Positions 27,640 to 41,808 of a stretch of DNA of 64,000 nucleotides are shown here, piece by piece; position 1 is the stretch's first letter, and every line of letters starts with the position of its first letter. The notes below the pieces were generated by a model. That model made no database searches. It saw only the letters and a list, made by a program, of their open reading frames with translations, and had not been told where the DNA came from. The stretch is from NCBI GenBank assembly GCA_964016885.1, contig OZ024745.1:111104001-111168000 (forward strand), read 5' to 3'. Origin of the DNA: Eledone cirrhosa (taxonomy: Eukaryota). The position numbers were made by a program, and so were the translations under genes.

Positions 27640-27890
27640 AGATTTTCAGGCTTTTTTATCTACAAAATGTCTAATAATACTGTAAAAATCAATTTCTCTG
27701 GCAATGCTTAGTCTTGCTAATGCTCTGGCAATGCTTAGACGTGGTAGCCATTAAAAAGTTTTTGATATGTCTAAATTTGCTATAAGATCTGTCCGCTGAT
27801 GCTACTATAGCTGGAATTGCCAACAATGTTTTCAAATTAATACAAACATTTGGAAATATCTCACACAGTTAGTAGTCAGTTAATAAATTG
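27640..27890 (-). pseudogene. hAT transposase C-terminal dimerisation domain relic
   Basis: Minus frame LCEIFPNVCINLKTLLAIPAIVASADRSYSKFRHIKNFLMATTS..AREIDFYSIIRHFVDKKA matches FPN..L.IPVT.ASAERSFSKL..IKNYLRSTM. Confidence 0.8.
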
Positions 27891-28644
27891 AAAAGTTATA
27901 GTGTACTGATGCTAAATAGAGCATTTTTGTTGCACAGTATTCATCAGTTAAGGTCAGTAAAATATTATTATGTCCTGAGAGTGAAAGATGCCTATTACAG
28001 CAAAAGACTAAGGAAGACTTATGAGATTATATGCCTGAGTGTTGAGTCTCACTAAGAAGATGATGCAGCTCAAGGTAAGTGATTATTAGCAATACTATAA
28101 ACTTGTCTAACCCATACCAGCATGAAGAAAATGACTAAAAATATTGATGCTATTGTTGATGTCTTCTAATTTTTCATTTATGACTACCATGTTTGTGAAT
28201 CCATGGTTTCATCATTGAGGAATATAAGTGGTTCATGTTAATGTGGAACTTCTCCAGATGAACTCTAACTTATTAATTTCAAATTCAAAAATTCTCACTT
28301 TGTTTAATATAGTATATTACTGCCAGCAAATGACTCATGGCTGTTCTACTAATGCAAACGTTAAAAAAATCAACTTGAATGTAGTTAAGGACCAAAACAA
28401 TATTTTGGTGGGGATTGGGTAGATAGTTCTGAAAATTTTGCTGCTCTTCAAATACATATTTAATAGAAGAATTGTAATATACTTAAATTATGAAACAAAA
28501 ATAAAAAATCAATTTAACAATTAGAAAATCCCAAATGAAATGAGATTACAAGTTCTACTAGTACTAGATTTAGGACAAATGAGACTCTGTGCTAGTTAAG
28601 TTATGAGGCCCTAAACATTTAAAAAATTAATTGTAAACATTTTT

Positions 28645-28723
28645 TCAGCAGGAAGATGGGTCCCCCTGGCCAATGGGGCCCTGTGTTTAAACAGACCTAA
28701 GCACAATAGTAAATCTGGCACTG
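28645..28723. mobile_element. hAT-like terminus (TIR CAGTGCCAGATTTA on minus, GGGCCC subterminal motifs)
   Basis: ..GGGGCCCTG..TAAATCTGGCACTG; similar terminus at 56254-56320. Confidence 0.55.
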
Positions 28724-28848
28724 GGCTCTACAAAGAAATAAGCAAATTAAAGCTAAATACAAACTTACATTAAACAACATGACTAAACCATCCAACCTAA
28801 CGAACAATTGAAAAACTTCACAGATAAACTAAAGACAGGAGTTTAAAC

Positions 28849-29076
28849 ATAACCCTTTAGCATTTACATTTCTTTATATATATGTTGTATTTTTGTGGTA
28901 AAGGCTTTATTTCACATAATTATCTCACATAATATCAAATCTATGAGATTTTGATATTATTTACTTTGAGAACAATACCTTAACATAAGTATGAGCAGCT
29001 GGTTATGGCTGGTTAGAACAGAAAGTGGTGAAAGAACTCTGGCCAGATATGGCCAGTTTAAATGCTAAAAGGTTAA
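28849..29076 (+). mobile_element. piggyBac-type MITE family 1
   Basis: ATAA-CCCTTTAGCATTTA...TAAATGCTAAAAGG-TTAA. Confidence 0.85.
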
Positions 29077-29252
29077 AAAACACAAGATTAAAGTAAAACT
29101 GAAAAACATGAAACAATAACTATTAGAGAAAAACTAAAATCAGAAATTTATACTAAACAATACATAAAAGCCAGCTAACCTCATCAAACAAATGATTAGG
29201 CCAAGTTGGAATTGAACAATGTGAAATTGAAGCAAAAACAAAGAACATGAAA

Positions 29253-29472
29253 TAATGATTTCTTATATAGGCACATGGCCAATAATTTTAGGGGAGGGGA
29301 AAGTCAATTAAATCGACCCCTGTGCATGACTGGTACTTTATTTATCTACTGCATAAGGATGAAAGGCAAAGCTAACCTTGGCGGGATTTGAACTCACAAC
29401 ATAAAAGGCCATAACACTATGCCACAAAGCATATTGTTCGGCGCTCTACTGATTCTGCCAATCCACCGCTCT
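29253..29472 (-). mobile_element. SINE S2
   Basis: Family consensus match. Confidence 0.8.
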
Positions 29473-29714
29473 TAACAACATGAAATGATAAACATTAATA
29501 CTTAACAAACAATAAATTAGAACAATTGATTAAATACAATTAACAACTCACCTCTGCTAGTATGTGTGTATGATTGATTAGCATAGATTCATGCATGTTT
29601 TAATCTTTAGATACAGAAATGAAATGACCATGTGTACTACTAGATGGAAGTGACCAAAGACAAGGGTTGGGGATAATCTTACCCACTTCTGCCATTGACA
29701 ATAATAATAATGAT

Positions 29715-29925
29715 AATGGTTTCTGATTTAGTCACAAGACTAACAAAGTTTGGGGAGGGGGAAAGTCAAATAAATCAACCCCAGTGGGTTACTGGTACTT
29801 TATTTTATCGACATTGTAAAGCTGAAAGTCAAAGCTAACCCCAGCGAGATTTGAACTCAGAACATAAAGGGGCATAACTCTATGCCATGAAGCATGGTGT
29901 CTGATGCTCTAGCAATACTACCAAA
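29715..29925 (-). mobile_element. SINE S2
   Basis: Family consensus match. Confidence 0.8.
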
Positions 29926-30359
29926 GCAACTTATTTTGTTTTTCTTCTTTTTTTAGTGTTGGATTAAATATATTACAATATTAAATTTTGTACCTCTTTA
30001 TTTCAATTTGAAAATCACTGGAGACAATTAGATAGCTACCATTTAGTTCTGGATCGATTCTAGTGACAATACCTCTCTTTAAAATATTGGCTTTGTGTCT
30101 AGTCAAAAGAAATCAATTTGGAGAATTTTGAATGTATTTTATACAAAACATTATTTTTTGCTCTTTCTAATATGTTAACATTCGGGCATTCCTTTGATCA
30201 ACTGTTCAAAACCATCATTAGGAAATGAAGTGGAAACCATTGTACAAATTCTCCCAATATACGAATCAATTTGTGACCAACATGTATTAACTTTCATTGT
30301 TGAGCTATTTCACTGCAATTCACATTGTTTTTATATGATTCACGTAAACAGCCACATGT

Positions 30360-30690
30360 TTAACATTGTGCTTAACTGGAAGATGATTGCAGCTTGCTAA
30401 GTTATGAATTGCAACAAAATAGAAAGAACCCTTACAATTATGTGAAATGCAGGCTTTTACAAAGACTGGCAGTCTTCTGTGAAGCTAGAAAATGTTTCAG
30501 CTGCCAACAACTATTAATCTTCTACAAAATTCAGGTGAAAACCATAATGGAGTAGTATTCCCATATCTGGGATTCTACTATTGCTGCAAACATAGATACC
30601 ATACACTGCATCCAAAGAAAGGTCATACTGTCTGTTCATTTTGCCTTTTCTATGGCTACTACAGTGATCTTTGTTGCTCAAAGTAAACTA
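30360..30690 (+). mobile_element. Old CR1/Jockey-group LINE RT-thumb fragment
   Basis: ARKCFSCQQLLIFYKIQVKTIME*YSHIWDST..IHCIQRKVI fits LL.LYK.QVRP.MEY.SHIW..LD.IQRKA. Confidence 0.65.
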
Positions 30691-31034
30691 GTATTATGTC
30701 ACTTCCAATAAATACAGAGGTTAACCTTTCAGGTCTTACAATCGGTTCATTTTCATCTTGAGGACTTTTTTCAGACAATATTTTATGGCTGGATTCTGTT
30801 CTTGATGCTTTTTTAGTTGCCCCTTACAGCATGCAGTGATATGGTGTATCCATTCTAAACTAGATACACTTGTATTATAATTGATTGCATTCCTATTTTT
30901 ATTTATAAGGCCCTTGGGAATACACTTTGTTGCAAGCATTTGAGCCATGTATCCAATTTGAGGAAACTTTCCTTCTTCCAACAAGTCTTGGAGGCCCTGA
31001 AAAAGGTCATGAATACCTTGTCACCCTGAATAAA

Positions 31035-31230
31035 TAATTGTTCTTTAGACAACAAGGCCAACAATCTGGGAGGACGAAACAGTCAATTAAATCGACCCAA
31101 GTACGTGGCTGGTACTTCATTTTATCGACCCCAGAAGGATGAAAAGCAAAGCTAACTTTGCAGGATTTAAACTCAGAACATAAAGGGACATAACTCTATA
31201 CCACAAGGCATACAGCCAATCCCCTGCCGT
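31035..31230 (-). mobile_element. SINE S2
   Basis: Family consensus match. Confidence 0.75.
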
Positions 31231-32719
31231 TCTCTGACTAAATAATAAAAATAAATAAATAAGTAAAAATTAAAACAGATATTTGTAATATTGCCTCCAA
31301 AGATATAAAAAATATACAATATAAAGTATAAAGGGTGATAGGTTCAATTTAAAAAAATAGTTTCTAAATGTTTTAAACGATTTATTCTCTAATAAGACTC
31401 AATCTCACAACATTTTATAATTCTATTTCATCAGGAGATATGATGAAATGACATTGCTATTATCAGCCCATTTTAAAATCTCACCTTTTTCTCTTTTATC
31501 AATAAAAAAAATTCCCAGTAAAACATCTGGAAGAAGGTAGTGAGACTATCTTGTCCTTGAAACAACTGAAGGGTCCTCCAAACCCTTGTTTGGCAAGTTT
31601 TCTATGGCTTGATACCATTCCTATCACCAACCACTTTACAGCATGCACTGAGTGCATTTATCATGTAGGTCACCAACACTAGGGAGGCTGTCATGTCCTT
31701 CACACAACTGAAGGGTCCTGCCAACCCTTGGAAGGAGATTCTTATATTCCTTTCATTGGGACTTACAAAAGCAATAGAGTGACTTTTTGCTAATATCTAA
31801 CTAACATTGTTGCTGAATATATTTAAAAACGATCAACAAAGTAAATGAAATATGATTTGGTCATCAAGTCACAACCCTTTGCAATATTCAATCTATACTA
31901 TACAATAATATATTGTGTTAGAATGTTAGAACCCCTATATAGTTTTACAAAAAATCATGGAACCTATACCTATATTTTATAGACAAACTTTTCCTTTCTT
32001 TCATTGCTTGATTTTCCTTTTCTTTTTTCTTTCTTTTTTCTTTCTTTTTTCTTTCTTTTTTCTTTCTTTTTTCTTTCTTTTTTCTTTCTTTTTTCTTTCT
32101 TTTTTCCCCTCTATCCTTTCTCTTTCAATGTTTATTGTATAACCTTTACTATCTTATTTAATATATAACTTTAAGGATTTGTATTTTGAATTTTATCGTG
32201 GTTTGACTTGAACCAAGTAAAATAAAATAAAAATGGCATGCTTCACTTTATTTTTATCTGAACTAAGGGTGTTGTCTGGAATATGAGATGTTTAATGAGA
32301 TACAAGCTCACAGAGAAAATATATCAATGTAATTTTTCTCCCTAGGATACATTTTCTTGGCATTTATAATGTATAATCTAATTTGCTTAAAGTAACAAGA
32401 AACTATACCAATACAACAACAACAATAACAAAAACAACAACAGCAAGTGTTACAGGGCCCACTTTCCATACCAAAGCAAGTTCCATGATAGACTTTATAC
32501 TCATCATGGAAGTAGGGGAGACCTTTTTGAAACAAGGTTTTTTACAGCCAGATGCTCTCCTTATCACCAGTTCATTTAGTTGCATCTTACTCTAAACTGG
32601 ATAAAGATAGAGACAGCAAAAATCTATTATAAATGACACGTCTTCATGAGAGGGTTTGATATGTTGATTATGTATAGAAATATTTCTAATTATGTCTTTG
32701 CATAGGTGGTGAATTGGCA

Positions 32720-33409
32720 GGGTCATTATAATTGTTTCTACTTTTGGCACAAGGCCAGCAATTACCCAGTGCATTACTGATACTTTATTTTATCGACCCT
32801 TTTTAGGAAGAAATCTGGAGAGGAGATGGGTTCCAGCAGTTCTTTTAAAAAATACCCTTGAAAGGCAAAGTTAGGGTCATTATAATTGTTTCTTCTTTTG
32901 GCACAAGGCCGCAATTACCCAGTGCATTACTGGTACTTTATTTTATCGACCCTTTTTAGGAAGAAATCTGGAGAGGAGATGGGTTCCAGCAGTTCTTTTA
33001 AAAAATACCCTTGAAAGGCAAAGTTAGGGTCATTATAATTGTTTCTTCTTTTGGCACAAGGCCACAATTACCCAGTGCATTACTGGTACTTGATTTTATC
33101 GACCCCATAAGGGTGAAAGGCAAAGTTAACCTCGGCGGGATTTGAACTCAGCTGGGCAAGGGCCGTAACTCTATGCGTCAGTGTCAGATAGAATGCTTTG
33201 TAGTATTCATTTTGCCTCTCTGCTCTCTGTTCAAATCCCACTGAGGTTAACTTCTTCATCCATTCAAGGTCGATAAAAAAAGAACCAATCTAGTTGATTC
33301 TTCCTCTGTATCTCTTTCCCACTTCCAGTCTCTCACTCTCTATCCTTTTTAGGAAGAAATCTGGAGAGGAGATGGGTTCCAGCAGTTCTTTTAAAAAATA
33401 CCCTTGAAA
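32720..33409. repeat. Chimeric tandem unit of about 153 bp built from a SINE S2 3' part and a downstream unique segment
   Basis: GGGTCATTATAATTG starts at 32720, 32874, 33027; segment CCTTTTTAGGAAG..CCCTTGAAA also at 33344-33409. Confidence 0.9.
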
Positions 33410-34649
33410 CGCTGTATGTCAATACAACACCCCTACAACTCCCTCAAGCACTACATATCAATACATACATAGCAATTATTCTGATATTTTTCTGGTATGT
33501 ATCTCTCCAAAATTACTGCATATAACAAACGTATTTCAGGATTTTCAGTTGAAAATTAAAATTAATATTTCACATATTCAAGATTGCCACATACATATTG
33601 GTTGAATGTATGTACTGTTAACATAATCTTTGAATAGACTCGGTATAATATAGTGTGACAAGATTAGCACGTTGAATTACAGGCACAATCCATCTGACAG
33701 GCTTTTACTTAGTTTCTGTCTACCAAATTTTACTCACAATACTACAGCAAAAGATATTTTCCCAAGATGCCATACAATGGGATATAACACACAGGATCTT
33801 ATGATTACAAAAAAAAAAAAAAATCGATTCTGTTGTCATTTTCAGACATAGTGTACCATAGACAAGGCTATCTTTCATGTCCTTCATTAAGATGGTAGAA
33901 TATAACTTAAGGGAGTTTTGTTTGCTTTTCTAAGCAGGTCAAGAGACAATACAGAAACTCCTATTGTAATAAATACAATGGACTATATCCCTACCATACA
34001 TATTTGTAGCTTTAAGCTGATATAAAGAATCAATATCTTTTTTTTTTTTTGTCTGGTTAGTTCAAGATTTATTGTAGATTATTTTTTGACAGTTGTCTCC
34101 ATATTTGAGCCAGTAATTCAGTGTTTCTTCGTATGGCACATCCCATATGTTGATGTTTGTGTCTTTTTCTCTCAGTATTGTTATCTGTGTGTGTATTACA
34201 AGATTACAATACTTTAATAAATCTGTCTGTTTGTCCTTTAATATCTCCAAATCTTGTAAATTCACCATCTGCTGAAGGGATGTCTCTGATGAAGTCTAGT
34301 TGGTCCAAATTATATATTTTTCATAGGTTTTATATCAGCCTCAATTGTCTCTGGGGAAAATGAAGCAGATACCATGTTTTATTTTATAGTTCTTGTGATA
34401 ACAATTAGATAATTATGTTAACTTTGAAACCACTAGCCAGTGATATATCTTTGATGGTGCACAGAGAAGTATAATTGAAAGAGTTGTGGAACTGCTTGTT
34501 TAGTGGTAACTAGTGAACAAAATTATTTATTTCATATTTCATGCGGAGAAAGAAAAGAGCTGTTATTTAGTAGTTAGAACTAGTGAATAAAAATACATAA
34601 GCAAGACACTTCATTTCATGTTGTTAAATTCCACTCAACTGGAAAGAAA

Positions 34650-34795
34650 TGTGTACCAACAGCAGCTGAGAATTAAACTTGCAATAGACTGGCATCCTAT
34701 CTATGAGGGATTCATGAATGCTCAGTTGCTTAACACCAATGAAACCGGAAGAGGCTGCAGCCTGATTAGCCTCTGGGCATTGGACAGACTTCAAT
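34650..34795 (+). mobile_element. SINE S4 3' part, degraded
   Basis: CTTGCAATAGACTGGCATCC..CTCAGTTGCTT..GAAACCGG..CAGACTT. Confidence 0.6.
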
Positions 34796-35261
34796 TTTTT
34801 TTAACATATAATATAAGAAGAAAGAAAGGGAAATAATAAGGGAAGAAATAATTACTGAAATTTAAAAAAAAGTATCATGAATTAGATAAACAGGGTATAA
34901 GGATTCAAGAGACAAAACCATTATTGAAAAGTATTAATAAGAAAAGAAAGAAAAATGAGATGCCACGAGAGAGGATGAAGCTGGATAAAATTGAAGCAGT
35001 CTGAGCAGAGGAATAGGAAGAGGAGTGCAAAGTGAAGGGTAATACTCCCTTCTATTGAAGCAGGTATGAAAGGGGTGCAATATTTCCTCTGGCTTATCAT
35101 GCATATCAATTATGGCAGGCAGGAGTGGGGAACCAACAGTACCATTCCTACCCCTCACCATCTTACTTGGGTGCTGATAGCCTCTTTCTATGCCATTGAA
35201 TCTTAAGTGGAAAACAAAAAGTATGAGAGAGAGAGAGAGGAGGGGAGAGAGGGACAGAGAA

Positions 35262-35293
<32 letters not shown>

Positions 35294-35710
35294 GATGGAA
35301 GAAAGGGACAGAGAAGGAGAGAGAAGAGGAAATAAGGTAGGAAGGAACAATGCTGTTGAGAATAAAGTGTCCTTTTCCCAAGCACATCAAGAAATATTTG
35401 TCAATTGTTGTAGTAAAACAGACACTTGGGTTTTTATTACAGAAGCTTTTACTGTCAGCACTCCAATATGAGCCTTTCATTGGTTGTTTGATGTTGATCA
35501 GCAATTTTCTATATAGACTAAGTCTGAGAATATTGGAGTATGTTTTGTTTTATTTTTGTTTTAGTTATTTTTCTCGGTCCATTAATTCATTTCCCCCAAA
35601 TATTGGATCACTACAACCATAATATATATTGTTACTTCTCCATAACTACAAGCAAAAGGCTGAGAATATTATCTGAGTCCTCAAAAGATTTTGCTTGTGT
35701 GTGTGTGTTG

Positions 35711-35755
<45 letters not shown>

Positions 35756-35883
35756 AAAGTTCTATTTAAATTGTTGGGATACAACAAGCAAATATTTTTA
35801 TAACTGATATAAAGCACTCAACAAATAATTGGATTAAAAATACGATATTAACAAATGGAAACTATATTTATAAAACCATATTT

Positions 35884-35946
35884 ATTTCATTATACATATT
35901 TCAAGGACACCAAGTTAAATTATGGTGTGCTTTCATCAGATAAAAT
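35884..35946 (-). ncRNA. Minimal type-I hammerhead ribozyme
   Basis: Exact mirror of 36088-36150. Confidence 0.8.
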
Positions 35947-36087
35947 ATAAATAAATATTGACATACCCTTAAAAAATGCAACCATTACTGTTGGAAGCTC
36001 CCGGATAGTATCCGGGAGCTTCCAACAGTAATGGTTGCATTTTTTAAGGGTATGTCAATATTTATTTATAAAACTGCTCTATATTAT

Positions 36088-36150
36088 ATTTTATCTGATG
36101 AAAGCACACCATAATTTAACTTGGTGTCCTTGAAATATGTATAATGAAAT
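36088..36150 (+). ncRNA. Minimal type-I hammerhead ribozyme
   Basis: ATTTTAT-CTGATGA-AAGCACACCA-loop-TGGTGTCCTT-GAAA-T-ATGT-A-TA/ATGAAAT; stem I 7 bp (one G-U), stem II 9 of 10 bp, predicted cut after 36143. Confidence 0.8.
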
Positions 36151-36234
36151 AAATATGGTTTTATAAATATAGTTTCCATTTGTTAATATCGTATATATAT
36201 ATGTGTATATATATATATATACATATATATATAT

Positions 36235-36273
<39 letters not shown>

Positions 36274-37079
36274 TGTATGTATGGATGGATGTGTATGTGT
36301 GTGTGTAGATATATATTTACATATATATATATATACACATATGTATGTATGTATGCATGTGTGTTTAATTTTTTATCCCTTTGTTGTTCCCTAATTTGGT
36401 GATGTCATGCATGAAAGTTGATGAACTAATAACTGACAGGTTCCAGTGGACCATTATTGTACACTAAAGAATATGGTATAGTTTTATGATATGATATAGA
36501 TTTTCATTTGAACTAAAAACAAACTTTTGCAGGTGAGTTTTAAATATTTATTACCCTTTTACCACTTTATTAACTTACTAATATACACAGATTATATCTC
36601 ATAGTGAATTTGATACCTCATAGTGGATTGGATACCTCATAGTGAATTTAATACTTTACAGATAATTTGATATCTCATTGAGTTTGATATCTTCTTCTTC
36701 TTCTTTGTCCACATATTACTGAGATGGTCATTGGGGAAGAGTCCTTAAACACTCCTTCCAGCTGTCCCTGAAGTATCATCATCATCATCATCGAGTGTTG
36801 TCTACTCTCATCTGATTAAAAACCATAGATCACTCTTATGCCGTCCATGGTCAAGCTACAGGTGTGTACATGGTAGGATTTCAACTCAAAATACAAAGAG
36901 CTGTAACAGATATTACATGATATTCTATCAATCACTTAAGATTTTATGTAAAAACTTTGATTTTTTACCATTTTATTAATGTATAATTGATTTAGTTGGT
37001 ATTTTCTTTATAAGAGGAGGCAATGCTCATGGCCCTTTATAGGGTATCAAATAACTCTAGGAGCAGATTACAAAGTTAT

Positions 37080-37159
<80 letters not shown>

Positions 37160-39105
37160 CATAAGGCTGATTGTTAGATTGGATCAAGAAAACTATGTTC
37201 TTATTAGATTTTTGTTTTAATATATCCATACCTTCGGTGTATATAGCACAGAAAGATTTTTATATCAAATTTTGGAGTGAAAGAGTGTATCAGAAAATAC
37301 AGTACTCTGTTCCCAATAAAGAGAAGAAATCCTTGAGTCAGGAACAGCAGGCTTTAATTTTCTATACTCAACAATATTTTGTCCATTCTCCTTAAGAACT
37401 GAACTTGATAATTATTAAAGCTGGATTCTGATAACTAGTTCTTAGTTTCAAATTCCTTATGTTCTAATATTTATTTAACATCAAAATATATTATTTATTG
37501 TTGAGAACTGAATGACAAGATATCTTGAGACAAAATATTCTTACAATTTTATAAATCAGATTTATTTCTTGTATATTAAATGTACTAAATTGTGTCTATT
37601 TTATGTTTTCTTGATAATATGATTATTTAAGATATATATCAAGGTAACTGAAAAGCTGAATTCATTTTTTAAATTAAATATGTATCTATTTATAATGGTA
37701 TATTTTATATGGTATAGAATTATAATCCTTAACAAAATAGAAGAAATTCACTTTATAGAAGATTTCATTCATAAATTCATCTTTTCAATGATAGAAGAAA
37801 TAAGAATTTATATGAAATAAAATTTCCTTATATTTTGAATTCCAGTAAAATGATTATCTGATTTAGATAAGCTATTTCAGGGATATAAACAAGCTTTATA
37901 ATATTTTTGGTGTATGTACTTATTGTATGCATTGGTACTTGTGTATATATCTGTGCCTCCATCTTTGCACATCTAAATACTCTTGTTATGTGGATGTTCA
38001 TTTGCTTTCTTATATATTTTATATCATAGTGTTTTTATGGCTTTGTCTCCATAAACAGAATAACAAAATGAACAAAAACACCAAGGCTACACATATATTA
38101 TACAGCAGATAATAAATATTTGTGATTCATTTGGAAAATTACATATTTATTTGATGGCAAAGTTTATTAACAAATTTATTATGGAGGGATGGAAAGAAAG
38201 GGAAATACAATAGAAAGGAACCAAAAATTCTGAGAAAGGGGGAATGCTAAGGAAATATTAGAGAGTGTTGTTTGTGAGGGGGAGGAAAGAAGATGGTAGC
38301 TAAATAATATACAAAGATAAAAACAAATAAAGAGGAAAGTGAAGAAAAGAGTAACTAAATATATAAATACGAGGAAAAAAAACTACAACATAAAGAAGGA
38401 GTGAATTGAGATGAGACAATGACAGACAGATGAAGGAGAAAGCACATTATTAAGCAAAGCACAGACATAAACTCTTATGATCATAGAATTTTCTATAAAT
38501 GGAAAAACCAGTGGAGTTTGCAGTCATTCTTTATATCCAGAATTTCTGGAGAGCTATAAGACAGAAAAGGAAAAGGAAGAATAATGAAAGTTTTATAGAG
38601 TAATCTCTTTGCTGTTGCTGATGTTATTGTTGTTATATATATATGTTTTTACTGGTTTTGTTATATGAGCATGCTAGTGTATAACTATGTATATGTGTGA
38701 ATACAAAGTGGCTTTAATATGTGTAGCTTATAGTTTCCTATATCATATTTGTGTATGTGGTTAGCTATATTGATATGTATATGATACTGTGTAAAAATAT
38801 GTGCATGAAGCTGTTTATCTGTTTATAGAAATATATGTATGATAAAGTATATCAAACATAGTATGATGGTATGTTTGCAGGTATGTATGATAATTGTGTA
38901 CCAGAAATGTTATCCAATGAATACATATGAACTCTGCAAGATACAACATATATATATATATATATATATACATACACATATATATATATAATATAATATA
39001 ATATAATATATCATATATATATATATATATACATATATATAATATAATATAATATATCATATATATATATATATATGTAATATATCATCATCATCATTTA
39101 ATGTC

Positions 39106-39139
<34 letters not shown>

Positions 39140-40392
39140 ATGTATATATGTATACACACACACATCATCTAGATACACTCAGAAATATTTCATGTTGTTT
39201 ATATGAAATATTTGTGTATTTTCTCTCTAAGCATTTTTCTCTCCAAGCCTCAGCATGCATATGTGTAAATCTGGGTAATATTTACAGATATATTTGTGTC
39301 TATTGTACTATATGGATTATTAGTTAGAAAAAGGAATTGTTTTATAAGCATGAATATTTGTTTCAAAATGATGTTACTATATGTGTGTGTGTTTGTGTGT
39401 AAATGTGTGTATGATTGCATGCATGTGTGTATGTGTGTGCATGCAAGTGTGTGTGTGTATATGTGCATGCAAGTGTATGTATGTGTATGTGTGGGTGTAT
39501 TCTTACATCTTTTCTCTATTTCTTACTTGCATGACTGTTAGCAAGTCATGTGAATATCGTTAGATATATTGTCTGCCATCCACTGACATTCTTTTGCATA
39601 CATCATCACTGGCCCAACAATAAATGTGCTGTCATTGTCAGAAAATGTACTAATAAATAGCACCAGACACATTTCTTCAGTCTGCAGCCCATGACTAACT
39701 CTGATGCGTGTAAGATTTTGGATATGACAGATTTCCAATGAAGACCTTTACCGGTGTCTCTGGCAAAAATTTGCCCATGAATATTAGAGTTTATAAAGAT
39801 TGTTGTCATAAAACTGGACATTGTTTTGTTTTTTTCTTTATTCTACATTAATAATTTTTTTTATTTTAGTTTATTGAATAAAATTTCTTAATTTTTTTTT
39901 TATGTAAGATCATAAAACTACTTATTGCTTATACAATATTTAAAACTTTGGAAAAATATTCAAGTCTTCTATGATATGTTCTTCATCATACCTTTGAAAT
40001 TAATATAATTCGACAAAAATGTTCAACAGTGTAGAGATAGCATATCTCATTTCACAGCAGATATATTCTGTCAAGTTTAATGTGTTGAGAGATCAACTTT
40101 GTTGAGATATGTTAAGAAGTTTTAAAGCTCAATGTGTTTGTATGACCCACAAATATAATGAACAAATATATCCAAGGTGTAATTGATAGAGTAAAAATTC
40201 CAGATATTGAATAAGTGTAATGTGACAGAACATAAATAATAAGTAATAACCTTTGATTGGATTATTAATTATTATGTGTATATATATATATATATATATA
40301 TACAGAGAGAGAGAGATAGATATATACATATAGATTAATAGAGAGAGGGAGGGGGTAAAGGCTGGTGGATAAACAGATAGACTGATAGATAT

Positions 40393-41808
40393 GTTTCTTT
40401 ATTAGCCACAGGGGCACAAAAGAAGGGGACAAATACAAAGGGGGAAGTTTACATACAATAAAAACGTGTAAAATACTATCCCAAATGCAATTTAAAAATT
40501 AATCGATTTTCCCCATTAGAGGAGACATTTCATATGGGTAACACATACTCCCAAAAAAATGTGCAACCCTCACCTCCAGGAGTACGAAGAGTTTGTACCC
40601 CTTTCCTCTCTTCCTCTTTTTCCTCAACCTACAGGCTGATATAGAGAGAAGGCCCATTCTCTTGTGCCATTCTCGCCACTTTCACCCACCTTTCATAAAA
40701 CTTCTTGGGGTACAGCACCTCTCTCTCCATCCTGATTCTTCTTCCAAAGTGGTATTTGAAAAAAAGAATCAGTTGTTGGCCAGAGAGAAAGGTGTCTGAC
40801 CTCAGCCCTTTTAATCTCGTCCACCATGCAATCTCTTTCGCCATAGCTATCACACAAAGGAAAACCGCCTCTCCTTCGTTTTTGAAGGAGGGTGGCGGTT
40901 TGATCATGACAATGGACTCGGTGGTCAACTGGATTGGTCCCACCTGCGACAATAGTCGTTCTACATAGCCCCACAGGTCGGTAACGCCCGGGCAGTGTAT
41001 GAATGCGTGCGTGATGGTTTCTTCATCTCGCACGCATCTTGGACAGATCTTTTTCGAAGGGTCCCTGCCCGGGCGCCCATGTCTGTAGAGCTTGTCTCGA
41101 ACTGGTAGAGCTCCTCGGTAGCACTGCCAGGCCAGGAACTTTTGGAAGTTGTCCATCAGTCCTGGGCGGAAGGTTCTACCGAACAGACTGGCCAGTTGTC
41201 TTCCTCTATGCCTAGAGTTTCTCCGAGTGCGTCGTCGCACTTGCTGCGGATCAACCCTCTATAGAATGACAAAGTGGAGTCTCCACTGATCGCCAGGTCC
41301 GCCTGCCAGAGGGCTGTGAGCATCTGAGCACATTCGATGTGCCAGTCGCCCATTTCCCTCGGTCTTTACTTGACCCAGGACTGCAGCTCGGTCAGTGAGA
41401 TGAGTCGTGGGAAGGCTCACCTCATGAACGGGGTCCACACCAGTTGTCCAGTGAGGAATATGTAGAGATGCCGCAGCCTGGGCGTGTGTTTGCGCATCGT
41501 CAGCCACGGCATCCCCAGCCCTCCATTGGAAGGGTGTTGGCAGCAGATGGATCTTCTCACCAAAGGAGCCCGCTTCTTCTAAAGCAATTGGAAGAGCACG
41601 CGCTCAATTTTGGTGAGCGTTTTGGCTGGACAAGGCACGATGGTCAAACGGTAGTAGATGACGGACACTATAAAAGTGTTCGCCACCTCCGCTCGACCTT
41701 TCAAGAATAGTTTGCACTCGGCCCACTTCTGGGTGAATGCAAACACCTTGGCTGTCACCTCGTTCCAGTTTTTCTCCACCCGGACTAAACCAGACCCCGA
41801 GCAGCTTT
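40393..41808 (-). mobile_element. 5'-truncated Tx1/L1-clade LINE (RT thumb, zinc-binding C-terminus, 3' UTR), frameshifted
   Basis: KNWNEV..KW...KL.LKGRAEVANTFI.S..YYRL and LAWQCYRGALPVRDKL..CPRC..DEETITHAFIHC..LW; AATAAA near the 3' end. Confidence 0.85.

Larger units (their letters stand above)
35753..36194. mobile_element. Fold-back element: palindrome 35840-36194 centred on 36008 carrying two hammerheads
   Basis: Arms are exact reverse complements apart from one indel of about 18 bp; left arm extends about 90 bp further; (TA)n on both sides. Confidence 0.9.

Noticed and set aside
34062-34380. Coding-looking minus-strand stretch
   Set aside because: In-frame stops upstream and no recognisable motif or splice signals; perhaps a decayed TE.
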